Part shown: positions 46,188 through 56,223 of the stretch, one piece after another | How positions within the stretch are numbered: the stretch's first letter is position 1 | Layout of the letters: each line of letters opens with the position of its first letter | From: an uncultured Planctomycetota bacterium | GTDB taxonomy: Bacteria > Planctomycetota > Planctomycetia > Gemmatales > Gemmataceae | Direction of reading: 5' to 3' | DNA length: 64,000 bases | NCBI GenBank assembly: GCA_963849325.1 | Contig: CAWKHF010000009.1 | Coordinates: 160,001-224,000, forward strand | The notes under the pieces: model-generated | The model's database searches: none | What the model saw: only the letters and a program-made list of their open reading frames with translations | What the model was told of the DNA's origin: nothing | Position numbers and translations under genes: made by a program

Positions 46188-48136
46188 ATGGCGTCCCCAT
46201 CGAATGCACCTTCGCTGGAAGAGATTCACGGCTCGGTCCCGATCCCGACGCGCGGCTGGCGGCGTTTTCTCGCCTTTTCCGGCCCAGCGTTCATGATCAG
46301 CGTCGGCTACATGGACCCGGGCAATTGGGGCGCCGCCCTGTCGGCCGGCTCCAAGTACGGGCACCGGCTGATCTGGGTGCTGTTGATGTCGAACCTCATG
46401 GCGTTGCTCCTGCAGGGTCTCGCCACCCGGCTCGGCGTCGTCGCCGGCCGCGACCTGGCGCAAGCGTGCCGGGAGAGCTATCCGCGACGCACCGTGTTCG
46501 GCTTGTGGGTGCTGACGGAAATCGCCATCGCCGCCACCGATCTGGCCGAGGTCATCGGCACCATTATCGCTCTCAAACTTCTTTTTAACTTCCCCTACTT
46601 GCTCGGCCTGGCCGTGGCCGCCGCGGATACGCTGTTGCTCTTGGCCTTGCAGCGCCGCGGAGTGCGCTTACTGGAGTTGTTGACGCTCGCCCTGGTGGCG
46701 GTGATCGCCGGCAGTTTCATCGCCGAGATTGTGTTCGCGCGCCGGACTGGGCGGCGGTACTGCACGGCTTCGCGCCGGGCCTGGCCCCGCACGATTACAC
46801 CGGCAGTCTGTACGTCGCCATCGCCATGCTTGGCGCCACCGTCATGCCGCACAATCTCTATCTGCATTCGGCCCTGGTGCAGACGCGCGCTTTCGCCCAG
46901 ACGACCGAAGGTAAGCGGTTGGCCTGCCGATACAACCTGCTCGATTCGACGCTGGCCCTCAACGGCGCCTTTTTCATCAACGCGGCCATCCTCGTCCTGG
47001 CAGCCACGAAGTTCGAGACGGAAGTCGAGACGTTGCAGGAGGCCCACGAATTGATCGGTTCGTCGGTCTGGGGCGGTTACCTGGCCGGCGTACTGTTCGC
47101 CATCGCGCTGTTGGCCTCGGGACAGAGTTCGACGCTGACCGGCACCCTGGCCGGACAGGTGGTGATGGAAGGCTTCGTCCAGCTGCGCGTACGGCCGTGG
47201 GTGCGCCGGCTGGTGACTCGTCTGGCCGCCCTCCTGCCGGCCGTGTTCGTGCTGTCGTTGGCCTCGGCGGACGAGGGAGGCGCCAACGCCACGGACGAAC
47301 GGTTGTTGCATCTGCTGGTGTTCAGCCAGGTCGTGCTCAGCTTCCAGCTGCCCTTCGCCATCATCCCCTTGGTGCAGTTCACTAGCGATCGGCGTCGCAT
47401 GGGCGTCTTCGCCAGCCCGGAATGGCTGAAGGGACTGGCCTGGGTGTGTGCCCTGATCGTCGTGGCCTTGAACGTCGTGCTGATCGGTTTGCAGATGCGC
47501 GAGTGGGCCGAGGCGGTCGAGAAGGTGGGAGGGCAGGGTCTGTGGATCTATGGCACCGTGGGGCCTGTCGCGGCCGTCCTCGCCGGCTTCCTGGTGTGGG
47601 TGACGTTTTATCCCCGTTACCGCCGCGGTGAGGTCCGGCCGGCCCTGCTGCCCGCTCCGGAACTGCCCGCCGTCCGCTATCACCGGATCGGCGTGGCGGT
47701 CGAATTCGCCGGGGCTGACGACGCGGTGCTGGCGCAGGCGGCGGCCGTGGCGCGGACGCATCAGGCGCCGCTGCTGCTCATCCACGTCGTCGAGGGGTTA
47801 GTCGCCGACTTCTACGGTGCCGCCGGCGACGATCAGGAAAGCCGGGCGGATCGGCTGCGGATGGGAGAGTTGGTCAAACACATCCAGGGCGAGGGACTGC
47901 GAGCCGAGGGGGTGCTGGGCTATGGCGAGCCGGCCGGGGAACTGGTGCGCATTGCGAAGGAACGGCAGCTGGACTTTCTCGTCCTGGGCACGCACGGGCA
48001 TCGCTTCTTCGCCGACCTGGCGCTGGGACAGACGGTCTCCCCCGTGCTGCACCGCCTGCAAATTCCCATCCTCGTCGTGCCCACGGCGCTGTCTACTGCC
48101 AAATCGAGCGAGGTCCATTCCGAGCCTGAAGCGTAA
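46188..48136 (+). CDS. mntH: Nramp Mn2+/Fe2+ transporter with C-terminal USP domain (frameshift ~46740)
   Basis: GYMDPGNW, GATVMPHNLYLHS, GQSSTLTGTLAGQVVMEGF; USP LVLGTHGH...LGQTV. Confidence 0.93.
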
Positions 48137-48174
48137 GCGAAGGGAATCCCTTCGCTTACGCTTCAGGCTCGGAA
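48118..48174. repeat. Palindromic repeat, family B; supplies the mntH stop codon
   Basis: 28-bp arms TTCCGAGCCTGAAGCGTAAGCGAAGGGA; TAA 48134-48136 lies inside. Confidence 0.9.
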
Positions 48175-48188
48175 AGAGGGTTCCAGGC

Positions 48189-48386
48189 TCACAGAATCAA
48201 GTAGTCGATGGTCGTATACAGCAGCAGGCCGACGGTGAAGATGCTGCCCATGAGCAACACGACCGTTCGGGCCGCGGCCAGGTCGCTATCGCGGAATTGC
48301 TGCCATTGTTCCGGCGTGAAGTGCAGCGGCGCACCGCCGGGGCCGCCGGGAATGGTGATAGCGTGCTCGGGATGGGGTTCGTTCAT
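48189..48386 (-). CDS. Small single-TM protein
   Basis: 65 aa with C-terminal hydrophobic helix; GAGG RBS. Confidence 0.65.
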   Translation of the reverse strand: MNEPHPEHAITIPGGPGGAPLHFTPEQWQQFRDSDLAAARTVVLLMGSIFTVGLLLYTTIDYLIL

Positions 48387-48640
48387 GGGGGTGCCTCGTG
48401 CTTCTCAGGCGCCGCTCGCGGCGGAGCACGAGGCGGCAAACGGGTCAAGATACACTCTGCTGGTATATCCCGGCCGTCCCGGCAAGGTCAAGTCACGTCT
48501 GCGGGAATCGATTCTTGAATTTTTTTGCTCCGCGCCGACCTTTTTCTCAAGATCGCCGCCGTCCCAACCGATACCTTCCAACAACCGACACGGATGACCC
48601 GAGAGATTTCGCGTTTGGGACGGACGAGGGAGGACCGCCG

Positions 48641-50218
48641 ATGGGCATGGGAGCGATCACCTGGGCATGTCTGGCGCTGACCGTCCATCAGGGACCGGCT
48701 CGCGACTATTACCTGGATTCGCGCGATTTCGAGATCCCCATCACCATCAACCCCAGCCGGCGAAACGAGGTGCAGGAGTTGACGCTGTACGTCTCGCGCG
48801 ACCAGGGGCAGACCTGGGAGCTGGTGGCCAAGAAACCGCCCACGGAGAGGGCCTTCGTCTACCGCGCCGCGGCCGACGGCCCTCACTGGTTCGTTGTCCA
48901 GGAGGAGGACCGCGCCCATCGGCTGAACCCGGCGAACCCCAATCGCGCCCGGCCCAACCAGCGCATCGTGGTGGATACGCAAAAGCCGCAAGTCCGCGTG
49001 ACGGCGGAGCGTCTGCCCAGCGGCGAGGTACTGGCCCGCTGGGCGATTACCGAGGACCATCCCGACCCGCAGAGTCTGCGTCTGGACTACCACACCGACG
49101 CCATGCGGCCGGATCAGTGGACGCCGCTGCCGGTGGAACCCCTGTCGGGTCGGAACGAGAAACAGTTTAACCCCGGCAACGGCGGAGACATCCGCATCCG
49201 GGTCCAGATCAAGGACCAGGCTCAGAACGTGGGGCAGGGCGAAGCGACGCTCGGCGGCACCGGCACGGCCCCGGCCCCAGCTCCGGCGGTCGGTGCGGAG
49301 ACGCCGACGTTCGGGGTCATTCCCACCGTGCGGGCCGAACATGCCACGCCGACCGGAATGCTGACCAGCCGTCAGACGGAGCCGCGTCCGTTCGGCGATG
49401 CGCCGCTGGCGGCCCCGCCCGACACGACTTCGTCCGCTCGGCCGCCGGTCGCGCCGGCGGCGGTGGCAGCCAGTTCCGACCGGCCGCCAGCCCCATCGGA
49501 GACGCCGCAAGGCGCCTTGCCGCCCGTGCGCCTTGTCAATCGCCGCGACGTCAAGCTGGAGTTCGAGGTCGGCAAGATCGGTCCCTCCGGCCTGAGCGGC
49601 GCCGCCGACGTTTACGTCACCGTCAACGAGGGCGCGACGTGGAGCCGGCTGCCCAACGAGGTGCCGGTGGCCCTGCCGCCCCTCGCCGACGCCCACCTGT
49701 CGGCCACGGTCCATGGCTCCGTAACGGTGCAGCTGCCGGCCGAGGCGGCCATTTACGGCTTCATCGTGGCGACCAAGAGCAAGGCCGGCCGGGCCCGGCC
49801 GGCGCCGAAGCCGGGAGAGGCGCCGCAGGTCCGTCTCGAACTCGACGCCACGCCTCCGCGAGCGCAGCTGATTCGGCCGATGCCCGACCCCAACCAGCGC
49901 GACACTCTCCTCCTGTCGTGGACCGCCGTGGACCGCAATCTGCCGAGCAACCCCGTCAACCTGGAATGGGCCGAGCAAAAAGACGGTCCCTGGAACACCA
50001 TCGGCGGCGGCCCATTACCCAACAGCGGCGGCCCATCACCCAACATCGGTCAGTTTCCCTGGCGTCTGCCCGAACGCATCCCCGCGAACGTCTACCTGCG
50101 GCTGACGGTGCGCGACTCGGCCGGCAACGTCGCCGTGGCCCAGACGGACAAACCGGAACTGATCGACCTGAGCGTGCCGGAGACGAACATTATCGGCGTG
50201 GCGCCGGCAACGCGGTGA
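48641..50218 (+). CDS. Hypothetical exported protein (beta-rich domains joined by a Pro/Ala linker)
   Basis: GGAGG RBS; signal-like N-terminus; repeated LYVSRDQGQTW / VYVTVNEGATW motif. Confidence 0.75.
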   Translation: MGMGAITWACLALTVHQGPARDYYLDSRDFEIPITINPSRRNEVQELTLYVSRDQGQTWELVAKKPPTERAFVYRAAADGPHWFVVQEEDRAHRLNPANPNRARPNQRIVVDTQKPQVRVTAERLPSGEVLARWAITEDHPDPQSLRLDYHTDAMRPDQWTPLPVEPLSGRNEKQFNPGNGGDIRIRVQIKDQAQNVGQGEATLGGTGTAPAPAPAVGAETPTFGVIPTVRAEHATPTGMLTSRQTEPRPFGDAPLAAPPDTTSSARPPVAPAAVAASSDRPPAPSETPQGALPPVRLVNRRDVKLEFEVGKIGPSGLSGAADVYVTVNEGATWSRLPNEVPVALPPLADAHLSATVHGSVTVQLPAEAAIYGFIVATKSKAGRARPAPKPGEAPQVRLELDATPPRAQLIRPMPDPNQRDTLLLSWTAVDRNLPSNPVNLEWAEQKDGPWNTIGGGPLPNSGGPSPNIGQFPWRLPERIPANVYLRLTVRDSAGNVAVAQTDKPELIDLSVPETNIIGVAPATR

Positions 50219-50220
50219 AA

Positions 50221-50304
50221 AGGGAATAGGGAATAGGGAATAGGGGCGAGGCCTCTTTCCTCGCTCCTAGCTCCTATTCCCTATTCCCTATTCCCTATTC
50301 CCTA
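50221..50304. repeat. Inverted heptamer tandem repeat (AGGGAAT / ATTCCCT)
   Basis: (AGGGAAT)x3 ... (ATTCCCT)x4 directly after the stop codon. Confidence 0.85.
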
Positions 50305-50450
50305 GCTCCTCCACCCGTTTTGCTGGTTTGCATAGCTCCGTTTGTGAACTAGAATCGAGCGTAGGCCCATCTCGGTAGTCGGCCATCGGTAGCGGTGCCG
50401 GTCTGGCCCGGAGCCGCGGATCGAGCGTCGAGGGCCGCGGGGGAGCACGC

Positions 50451-51336
50451 ATGGAAAAGGCAACGGAAACCTGGGTAACAGCACCTGATCGGCTGATTTC
50501 GACCACGCGCCGCGATGCCTGCGTCGTCCACATCTATCCGACCGGGACCGGCATGGGGGCGCGCTATCCGCTGACGGACAGCCCCGTCGTACTCGGCCGC
50601 GGCAACGACTGCGACATCCGCATCAACGACCATTCCGTCTCACGCCGCCACGCGCGCATCCAGCCAGGCGCCGACGGCTACTACGCCGTCGATCTGCAGA
50701 GCACCAACGGCACCTTCGTCAACGACGTGCCGGCCTCCATTTGCAAGTTGAAAGATGGAGATTATCTCCGCGTCGGCAACTGCATCTATCGCTTCCTCGC
50801 CGGCGGCAACGTCGAGGCCGAGTACCACGAAGAGATTTACCGCCTGACCATCATCGACGCCCTGACCGACACGCACAACAAGCGCTACCTGGTCGAGTTC
50901 CTCGACCGCGAACTGTCGCGCTCGGCGCGCTACACTCGGCCGCTGGCGATCATCATGTTCGACCTGGATCGCTTCAAAACCATCAACGACGAGCTGGGCC
51001 ATCTCGGCGGCGATTTCACGCTCCGCGAGATGTCCGCCTGCGTCAAGACCTGCGTTCGCAAAGAGGAACTGTTCGCCCGCTACGGCGGCGAGGAATTCAT
51101 CATCGTCCTGCCGGAGACCGACCTCGCCGGCGCCGTCGTCGTCGCCGAACGGCTGCGCAGCATGGTCGAAAAACATCCGTTCCAGTACGAAGGCAAGACC
51201 TATCCCGTGACGGTCAGCGTCGGCGTCGCCGCCACCAGCGGCGAACGGCAGTCTGTCGCCCTCCGACCTGATCGGCGAGGCCGATCAAAAGCTGTTCGAG
51301 GCCAAGCGCGACGGCCGGAACCGCGTCGTCGCTTGA
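50451..51336 (+). CDS. FHA-GGDEF diguanylate cyclase (frameshift ~51250)
   Basis: LGRGNDCD...VSRRHA...STNGT; DLDRFKTINDELGHLGGD, RYGGEEF; tail ADQKLFEAKRDGRNRV in another frame. Confidence 0.92.
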
Positions 51337-51442
51337 ACAACGAACGTCCGCTCCTTTCCATCGATAATCCACGAATGCACTCCGTGTTTCGCCGCGCGTT
51401 GCGACGAAACCGTGAACCTTCCATGAAAACGCACGCACATCC

Positions 51443-51500
51443 TTGACGGTCGGACGGCTCCTTTCTATTCTTGGTATAACCTCGTATAACCGAGTATTAC
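51443..51500 (+). promoter_or_regulatory. Sigma70 promoter followed by a candidate operator
   Basis: TTGACG-N17-TATTCT; GTATAAC (51474), GTATAAC (51484) and GTATTAC (51494) at exact 10-bp period. Confidence 0.65.
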
Positions 51501-51526
51501 CAGGTTAGACTGACAAGGAGACGGCC

Positions 51527-52525
51527 ATGAAACAGCATCCGCGACGGGACGGCTTCACGCTGATCGAGTTGCTGGTGGTCATTGCCATCATCGGCGTTTT
51601 AACCGGCCTGCTGTTGCCGGCGGTGCAGAAGGTGCGTGAGTCGGCGGTGCGCATGAAATGCACCAGCAATCTCAAACAGATCGGCCTGGCCCTGCACTCG
51701 TATCACGACGCCAACCGTTATTTCCCTCCCGGCTACAGCGATGGCAACACGGACCCCAACAGCACTCCCGACAACGACGTGGGACCGGGATGGGGCTGGG
51801 CATCTTACTTGCTGCCCTACCTGGAACAGGGCAACGTCTACAACCAGATCCATTTCAGCCAGGGGATCGGGACCGGAAGTAACGCGGCGGTCGCGCAGAT
51901 GGCCCTGCCGATCTACCAGTGTCCCGCGGATGCCTACCCGCAAAATTTCACCGTTTGGCCCACGAATGTCGTGGTGGCGCACGGCAACTACGTCGGCTGC
52001 AACGGCTGGGAGGAATGCTTTAACAACGCCGGCGGCAACGGTCAAGGCGGCGGTTCCGACGGTTTCTCCGGCGGATACGGCCAGGCCGGCAACGGCCTGT
52101 TTTATCGCAACAGCCACTACAACATGGCCAGCGTCACCGACGGACTGAGCAACACCATCGTCGTCGGCGAGCGCTCCGGCAACCATTCCCCCAGCACCTG
52201 GACCGGCGCCGTGACGGGAGGAAGGTGCCCCGCCTGGATGGCGGTCCAGCCCCCCTCCCCCTATTCCAACTCCGCCAATAACCAGGCCGCCTACGACAAT
52301 GCGGACTACGACGAAGCCCTGGTCCTCGCTCATGGCAACGCCTCGCACCTGCCCAACGCCGACTTCCCGATCTTCGACCCCGATACGTTTTACAGTATGC
52401 ACACGGGAGGAGCGAACTTCCTGTTCGGCGACGGGTCGGTGCATTTCCTCACCAGCGGCATCGACCCCAACACGTATCAATGGCTCTGCACCATCGCCGG
52501 CGGCGAAGTGTCCGACAATTGGTGA
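51527..52525 (+). CDS. DUF1559 prepilin-type protein
   Basis: [14 protein letters not shown]...[11 protein letters not shown]...CTSNLKQIGLA; H-X9-DG motif HTGGANFLFGDG. Confidence 0.95.
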   Translation: MKQHPRRDGFTLIELLVVIAIIGVLTGLLLPAVQKVRESAVRMKCTSNLKQIGLALHSYHDANRYFPPGYSDGNTDPNSTPDNDVGPGWGWASYLLPYLEQGNVYNQIHFSQGIGTGSNAAVAQMALPIYQCPADAYPQNFTVWPTNVVVAHGNYVGCNGWEECFNNAGGNGQGGGSDGFSGGYGQAGNGLFYRNSHYNMASVTDGLSNTIVVGERSGNHSPSTWTGAVTGGRCPAWMAVQPPSPYSNSANNQAAYDNADYDEALVLAHGNASHLPNADFPIFDPDTFYSMHTGGANFLFGDGSVHFLTSGIDPNTYQWLCTIAGGEVSDNW

Positions 52526-52555
52526 TTCGTCTGGTCCCGGCGGGGGAGTTCAGCG

Positions 52556-52957
52556 ATGCGGGTGCGGACAGGTTTGGTTCTGCTGCTGGGCTTGCTGGCG
52601 TGCGGCGGCTGCGCCAAGAAAAAATCAACCGACGAACTGATCGCGGACCTGAAGGCGCCTCAGGAGCGCGAGCGGGTCATAGCGGCTCGCCTCTTGCCGC
52701 AGCGAAAAGGAGATGCGGCCAAGGTCGTGCCGGCGCTGATCGAAGCCCTCCAGGACAAGGAGGGCGACATCCGCTGGAGTGCCGCCATCGGGCTGGGGTC
52801 GTTTGGCGAGCAAGCCAGGGACGCCATTCCCGCCCTCCAGACGGCGCAGCGCGATCGTGACGCCAGGGTCCGCGAGGCGGCTGGCGTCGCCCTGTCGCGC
52901 ATCGATCCGGCCAAGTTCTCCGCTCCGTCCAAACAGCCTCGGGTGCCAGGGAAATAA
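52556..52957 (+). CDS. HEAT-repeat lipoprotein
   Basis: Lipobox-like LLACGGC; VPALIEALQD...IRWSAAIGLG...VREAAGVAL. Confidence 0.85.
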   Translation: MRVRTGLVLLLGLLACGGCAKKKSTDELIADLKAPQERERVIAARLLPQRKGDAAKVVPALIEALQDKEGDIRWSAAIGLGSFGEQARDAIPALQTAQRDRDARVREAAGVALSRIDPAKFSAPSKQPRVPGK

Positions 52958-53032
52958 CCACGGACTCGACAGCGGCGCCGGCCGCTCGTAAGATGTTCTC
53001 GCGGCATCCACCGGCGAGCAGAGTTTCCTCTC

Positions 53033-53698
53033 ATGCGTGCCTTGACGCGGCCGAGGTTTTGGCGAGCCTTGCGACACCGCTGTGCTGTCGCCGGCACCTT
53101 CCTCGCCTACCTGCTCGTCACGCTCGACATGCCGCTGCCCGCCTCGGTCCACAAGGACGCCAGCCAGCCGTTCCCCTGCCAGGACCATCCATGCGGTTGT
53201 CAAACCGCCGAGCAATGCTGGCGTCATTGCTGTTGTTTCACGGCCGAACAGCGCTGGGCCTGGGCCCGCGCTCATCACGTCGAGCCGCCCGCTTACGCCG
53301 AAAGGCCCGTCGAAAAGCCGGCCCCCCAACCTGCGCCAGGAGGCTGGAACACCGTCAAGCTCCGCCATCGCGCCAAGCCGAAGACGGAGCCGGTTGCCAA
53401 GAATTGCTGCCGCCCATCGGCAGGGCGCTCCGCCTGCTGCCAAACGACTTCCGATCGCCCCGCGAAGCCGCTTCCCGCCCAGAGCGGGCGCGTTCGCTGG
53501 GGCACGGCGATGGCCGCCTGGCAGTGCCAGGGCGGGACGACACTGTGGGTCAGCATCGGCGCCGTCCTGCCGGCTGTCCTGCCTCCGGCGTGGTGCCCCG
53601 ATTGGTCCCCGCCGTCGCCCCTCGCCCTCAACAACGCCATCGCCCGCGCTGTGCCGCGCACCCCTCTCGCTCCCCCTCCACGACTGTCTCTCGTCTGA
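53033..53698 (+). CDS. Cys-rich exported or membrane-anchored protein with Pro-rich C-terminus
   Basis: Hydrophobic N-terminus; PFPCQDHPCGCQTAEQCWRHCCCF, two CC pairs, 14 Cys in total; ends PRTPLAPPPRLSLV. Confidence 0.8.
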   Translation: MRALTRPRFWRALRHRCAVAGTFLAYLLVTLDMPLPASVHKDASQPFPCQDHPCGCQTAEQCWRHCCCFTAEQRWAWARAHHVEPPAYAERPVEKPAPQPAPGGWNTVKLRHRAKPKTEPVAKNCCRPSAGRSACCQTTSDRPAKPLPAQSGRVRWGTAMAAWQCQGGTTLWVSIGAVLPAVLPPAWCPDWSPPSPLALNNAIARAVPRTPLAPPPRLSLV

Positions 53699-53727
53699 TC
53701 CTCGTTGATGCCGTTCGCTTCCCCCGA

Positions 53728-53841
53728 GTCCCCACGCTCCGCGTGGGGACCGACGTCCGGACGCTCTGCGTCCCGTTCGCGCGTTGCGCTTGACGGGACG
53801 AGGAGCGTGCCAGACGGCGTTCCCACGCGGAGCGTGGGAAC
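53728..53841. repeat. REP-doublet-like element, family E
   Basis: GTCCCCACGCTCCGCGTGGGGAC and inverted GTTCCCACGCGGAGCGTGGGAAC, with internal GGACGCTCTGCGTCC hairpin. Confidence 0.8.
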
Positions 53842-53881
53842 CAGGAATCATCACGGAAAACTTTGTCGAAAGGATTAGACC

Positions 53882-54736
53882 ATGACGAATCGTCGTGGCT
53901 TCACGCTGATCGAGTTGTTGGTGGTGATCGCCATCATCGCCGTCTTGATCGGCCTGTTGCTGCCGGCCGTGCAAAAAGTGCGCGAGGCGGCCAGCCGGGC
54001 CTCTTGCAACAACAACCTGAAGCAACTGGGCCTCGGGGCCCACAACTTCAGCAGCACGTTCGGCTATCTGCCGACCGAATACGTCCCCAACCCCGACCAG
54101 CCGCCGCTCGACCCGGGTTATCCGTATCCGGACCAGGACTGGCACGTCCAGATAATGGCCTACATAGAACAGCAGAACGAAGTGCGGAATATAAATGGCG
54201 TACTGACGCCCGTGAATGCCGCGACGGACACGCTGAAACTCTTTCTCTGCCCAAGTCGGGGCATTCGGGCGGGGCAGGCCTCTCCGAATGCAGCATCGGC
54301 AACGCCTCCTTATGGAGGAATCAGCGACTACGGCTACTACGTTCTTGTCCCCTGGGACGTTGCCGGTGCCCAGTGCATCCTCTGGAGCCCCACGGGGGTC
54401 GGCCTGTCGCAGATCAGCAACGCGAACGGCTCCTCCAACACGGCGCTGCTGTCTCACCTGGGCGTCAATCCGGTGGAGTATGGGTATGGCCCCACCACCT
54501 GGTACAATTGTAACAATGCAACGGGCGGCGCCAGCGTGCCGGACAGCCAGATGCCGACCGGTGCGTACCTGTCGCCCAATAGCTATTCTCCTCCCGACCT
54601 GAGTTCGCCGCACCCGGGCGTCAACTTGGTTCTCTTCGCGGATGCCCACGTCCAGTCGATCACCCACGCCTGGCTCACGCAGTATCAAAATCAGGTTTGG
54701 TCCTGGCAGAACGCGACCCCGATCCAGCAACCCTGA
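53882..54736 (+). CDS. DUF1559 prepilin-type protein
   Basis: [15 protein letters not shown]...[23 protein letters not shown] (H-X9-DA variant). Confidence 0.92.
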   Translation: MTNRRGFTLIELLVVIAIIAVLIGLLLPAVQKVREAASRASCNNNLKQLGLGAHNFSSTFGYLPTEYVPNPDQPPLDPGYPYPDQDWHVQIMAYIEQQNEVRNINGVLTPVNAATDTLKLFLCPSRGIRAGQASPNAASATPPYGGISDYGYYVLVPWDVAGAQCILWSPTGVGLSQISNANGSSNTALLSHLGVNPVEYGYGPTTWYNCNNATGGASVPDSQMPTGAYLSPNSYSPPDLSSPHPGVNLVLFADAHVQSITHAWLTQYQNQVWSWQNATPIQQP

Positions 54737-54883
54737 GACACCGATCGGCTGTCGTGCTCCTGTTGCCGCGAGGAATCGAGACGGTGAGTGGAGGCGCGGA
54801 GGACAGAATGGTATAGTGATCCCTGGCTCTCCGCGTCCGCGCAGCCGTATTTCGTCGCTCCAACCCGAGAGGTCCTTGTCATC

Positions 54884-56170
54884 ATGCCACCGCGATCTCG
54901 CAACCGGCGTTTCGTTCTCCTCCTCCCCGCCTTGATGCTCGCCAGCGCCCCGGTCGGCGCCGGCGACTGGCCGCGCTTCCGCGGTCCCAACGGCACCGGC
55001 ATCGCCGCCGATAAGGACGTTCCCGTGAAGTGGACGGCCGCCGACGGCGTCCTGTGGAAGACGGCCCTGCCCGGCATCGGCCACTCCTCGCCGATCGTCC
55101 ACGGCGGACGGGTCTTCCTGGAATCGGCGTCGAAGGACGGCCAATCGCGCTGGCTGCTCGCTCTCGACGCCGCCACCGGACGCCTCCTCTGGAAAACGCC
55201 CTCACCCGGTCAGGCCGCCCGGAAGCATCCTCTCAACTCGTTCGCCTCCTCGACGCCGGCCACCGATGGCGAACGAGTCTACGCCCTCTTCTGGGACGGC
55301 AAGAACATCCACCTGGGCGCCTACGCCTTTGCGGACGGCAAGCCCGTCTGGGAGAAAGACCTGGGCCGCTTCACCAGCCAGCATGGCGTCGGCCATTCGC
55401 CCATGCTGGTTGACGGCAAGGTCATCCTGGCCAACGATCAGGACGGGTCGGCGCACCTGTTGGCCTTCGACGCCAAAACCGGCGACAAGGCATGGGAGAG
55501 CGAGCGCAAGGCCTTCCGCACCTGCTACTCGACGCCCTTCGTCAACGTCCGGCCGGACGGCAAGAAGGAGTTGATCGTCGCCAGCACGGCCGGCGTCACC
55601 GGCTACAATCCGGCCGACGGCTCGGCCAACTGGTGGTACACGTGGTCGTTCACGGGCATGGCCCTGCGAACGGTGGCGTCGCCGATCGCGTCGGGCGGAC
55701 TCGTCTTCGCCAACAGCGGCGACGGCTCCGGGGCGCGGCACACCATCGCCGTCAAGCTCGGCGGCAAGGGCGACGTTACCTCCACCAACTTCGTCTGGGA
55801 GAACCGCGCGAAGTATCCGTTCTCGTATGTGCCGTGCCTTCTGGCGCGGGGGGACTACCTCTACAACCTGCAGGACAAGGGCGGCATGGCGTCCTGCCAC
55901 GTCGCCGCCACCGGCGAGGAGGTCTGGCGCGAACGGCTGGGCAGCGCCGGTTTCACCGCCTCGCCGATCCTGGTGGACGGCAAGATTTACGCCGCCGCCG
56001 AGGACGGTACGGTGTACGTCTTCGAGGCGGCGCCGAAGTTCAAGCTCCTGGCCAAGAACACGATCGGCGAAGCCATTTCGTCCACGCCAGCCGTGGCCGA
56101 CAATCGCCTGTTCATCCGCGGCCAGCAACATCTGTTCTGTATCGGCAAAACGGTGGCCAAGGGGCAGTAA
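54884..56170 (+). CDS. PQQ-like beta-propeller (BamB-like) exported protein
   Basis: Signal peptide, DWPRFRGPNGTG, repeated SSP/STP...DG and W motifs. Confidence 0.9.
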   Translation: MPPRSRNRRFVLLLPALMLASAPVGAGDWPRFRGPNGTGIAADKDVPVKWTAADGVLWKTALPGIGHSSPIVHGGRVFLESASKDGQSRWLLALDAATGRLLWKTPSPGQAARKHPLNSFASSTPATDGERVYALFWDGKNIHLGAYAFADGKPVWEKDLGRFTSQHGVGHSPMLVDGKVILANDQDGSAHLLAFDAKTGDKAWESERKAFRTCYSTPFVNVRPDGKKELIVASTAGVTGYNPADGSANWWYTWSFTGMALRTVASPIASGGLVFANSGDGSGARHTIAVKLGGKGDVTSTNFVWENRAKYPFSYVPCLLARGDYLYNLQDKGGMASCHVAATGEEVWRERLGSAGFTASPILVDGKIYAAAEDGTVYVFEAAPKFKLLAKNTIGEAISSTPAVADNRLFIRGQQHLFCIGKTVAKGQ

Positions 56171-56223
56171 GCCCGGCGTATCGGCGGTCTGGCGTGTCTC
56201 GTCTATCGGAAGGAGTGCAAGCG

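Noticed and set aside
52625-55144. 839-aa minus-strand ORF (and similar ones, e.g. 39883-41433 + and 16930-18804 -)
   Set aside because: Antisense shadow ORFs of well-supported genes in high-GC DNA; no recognisable motifs
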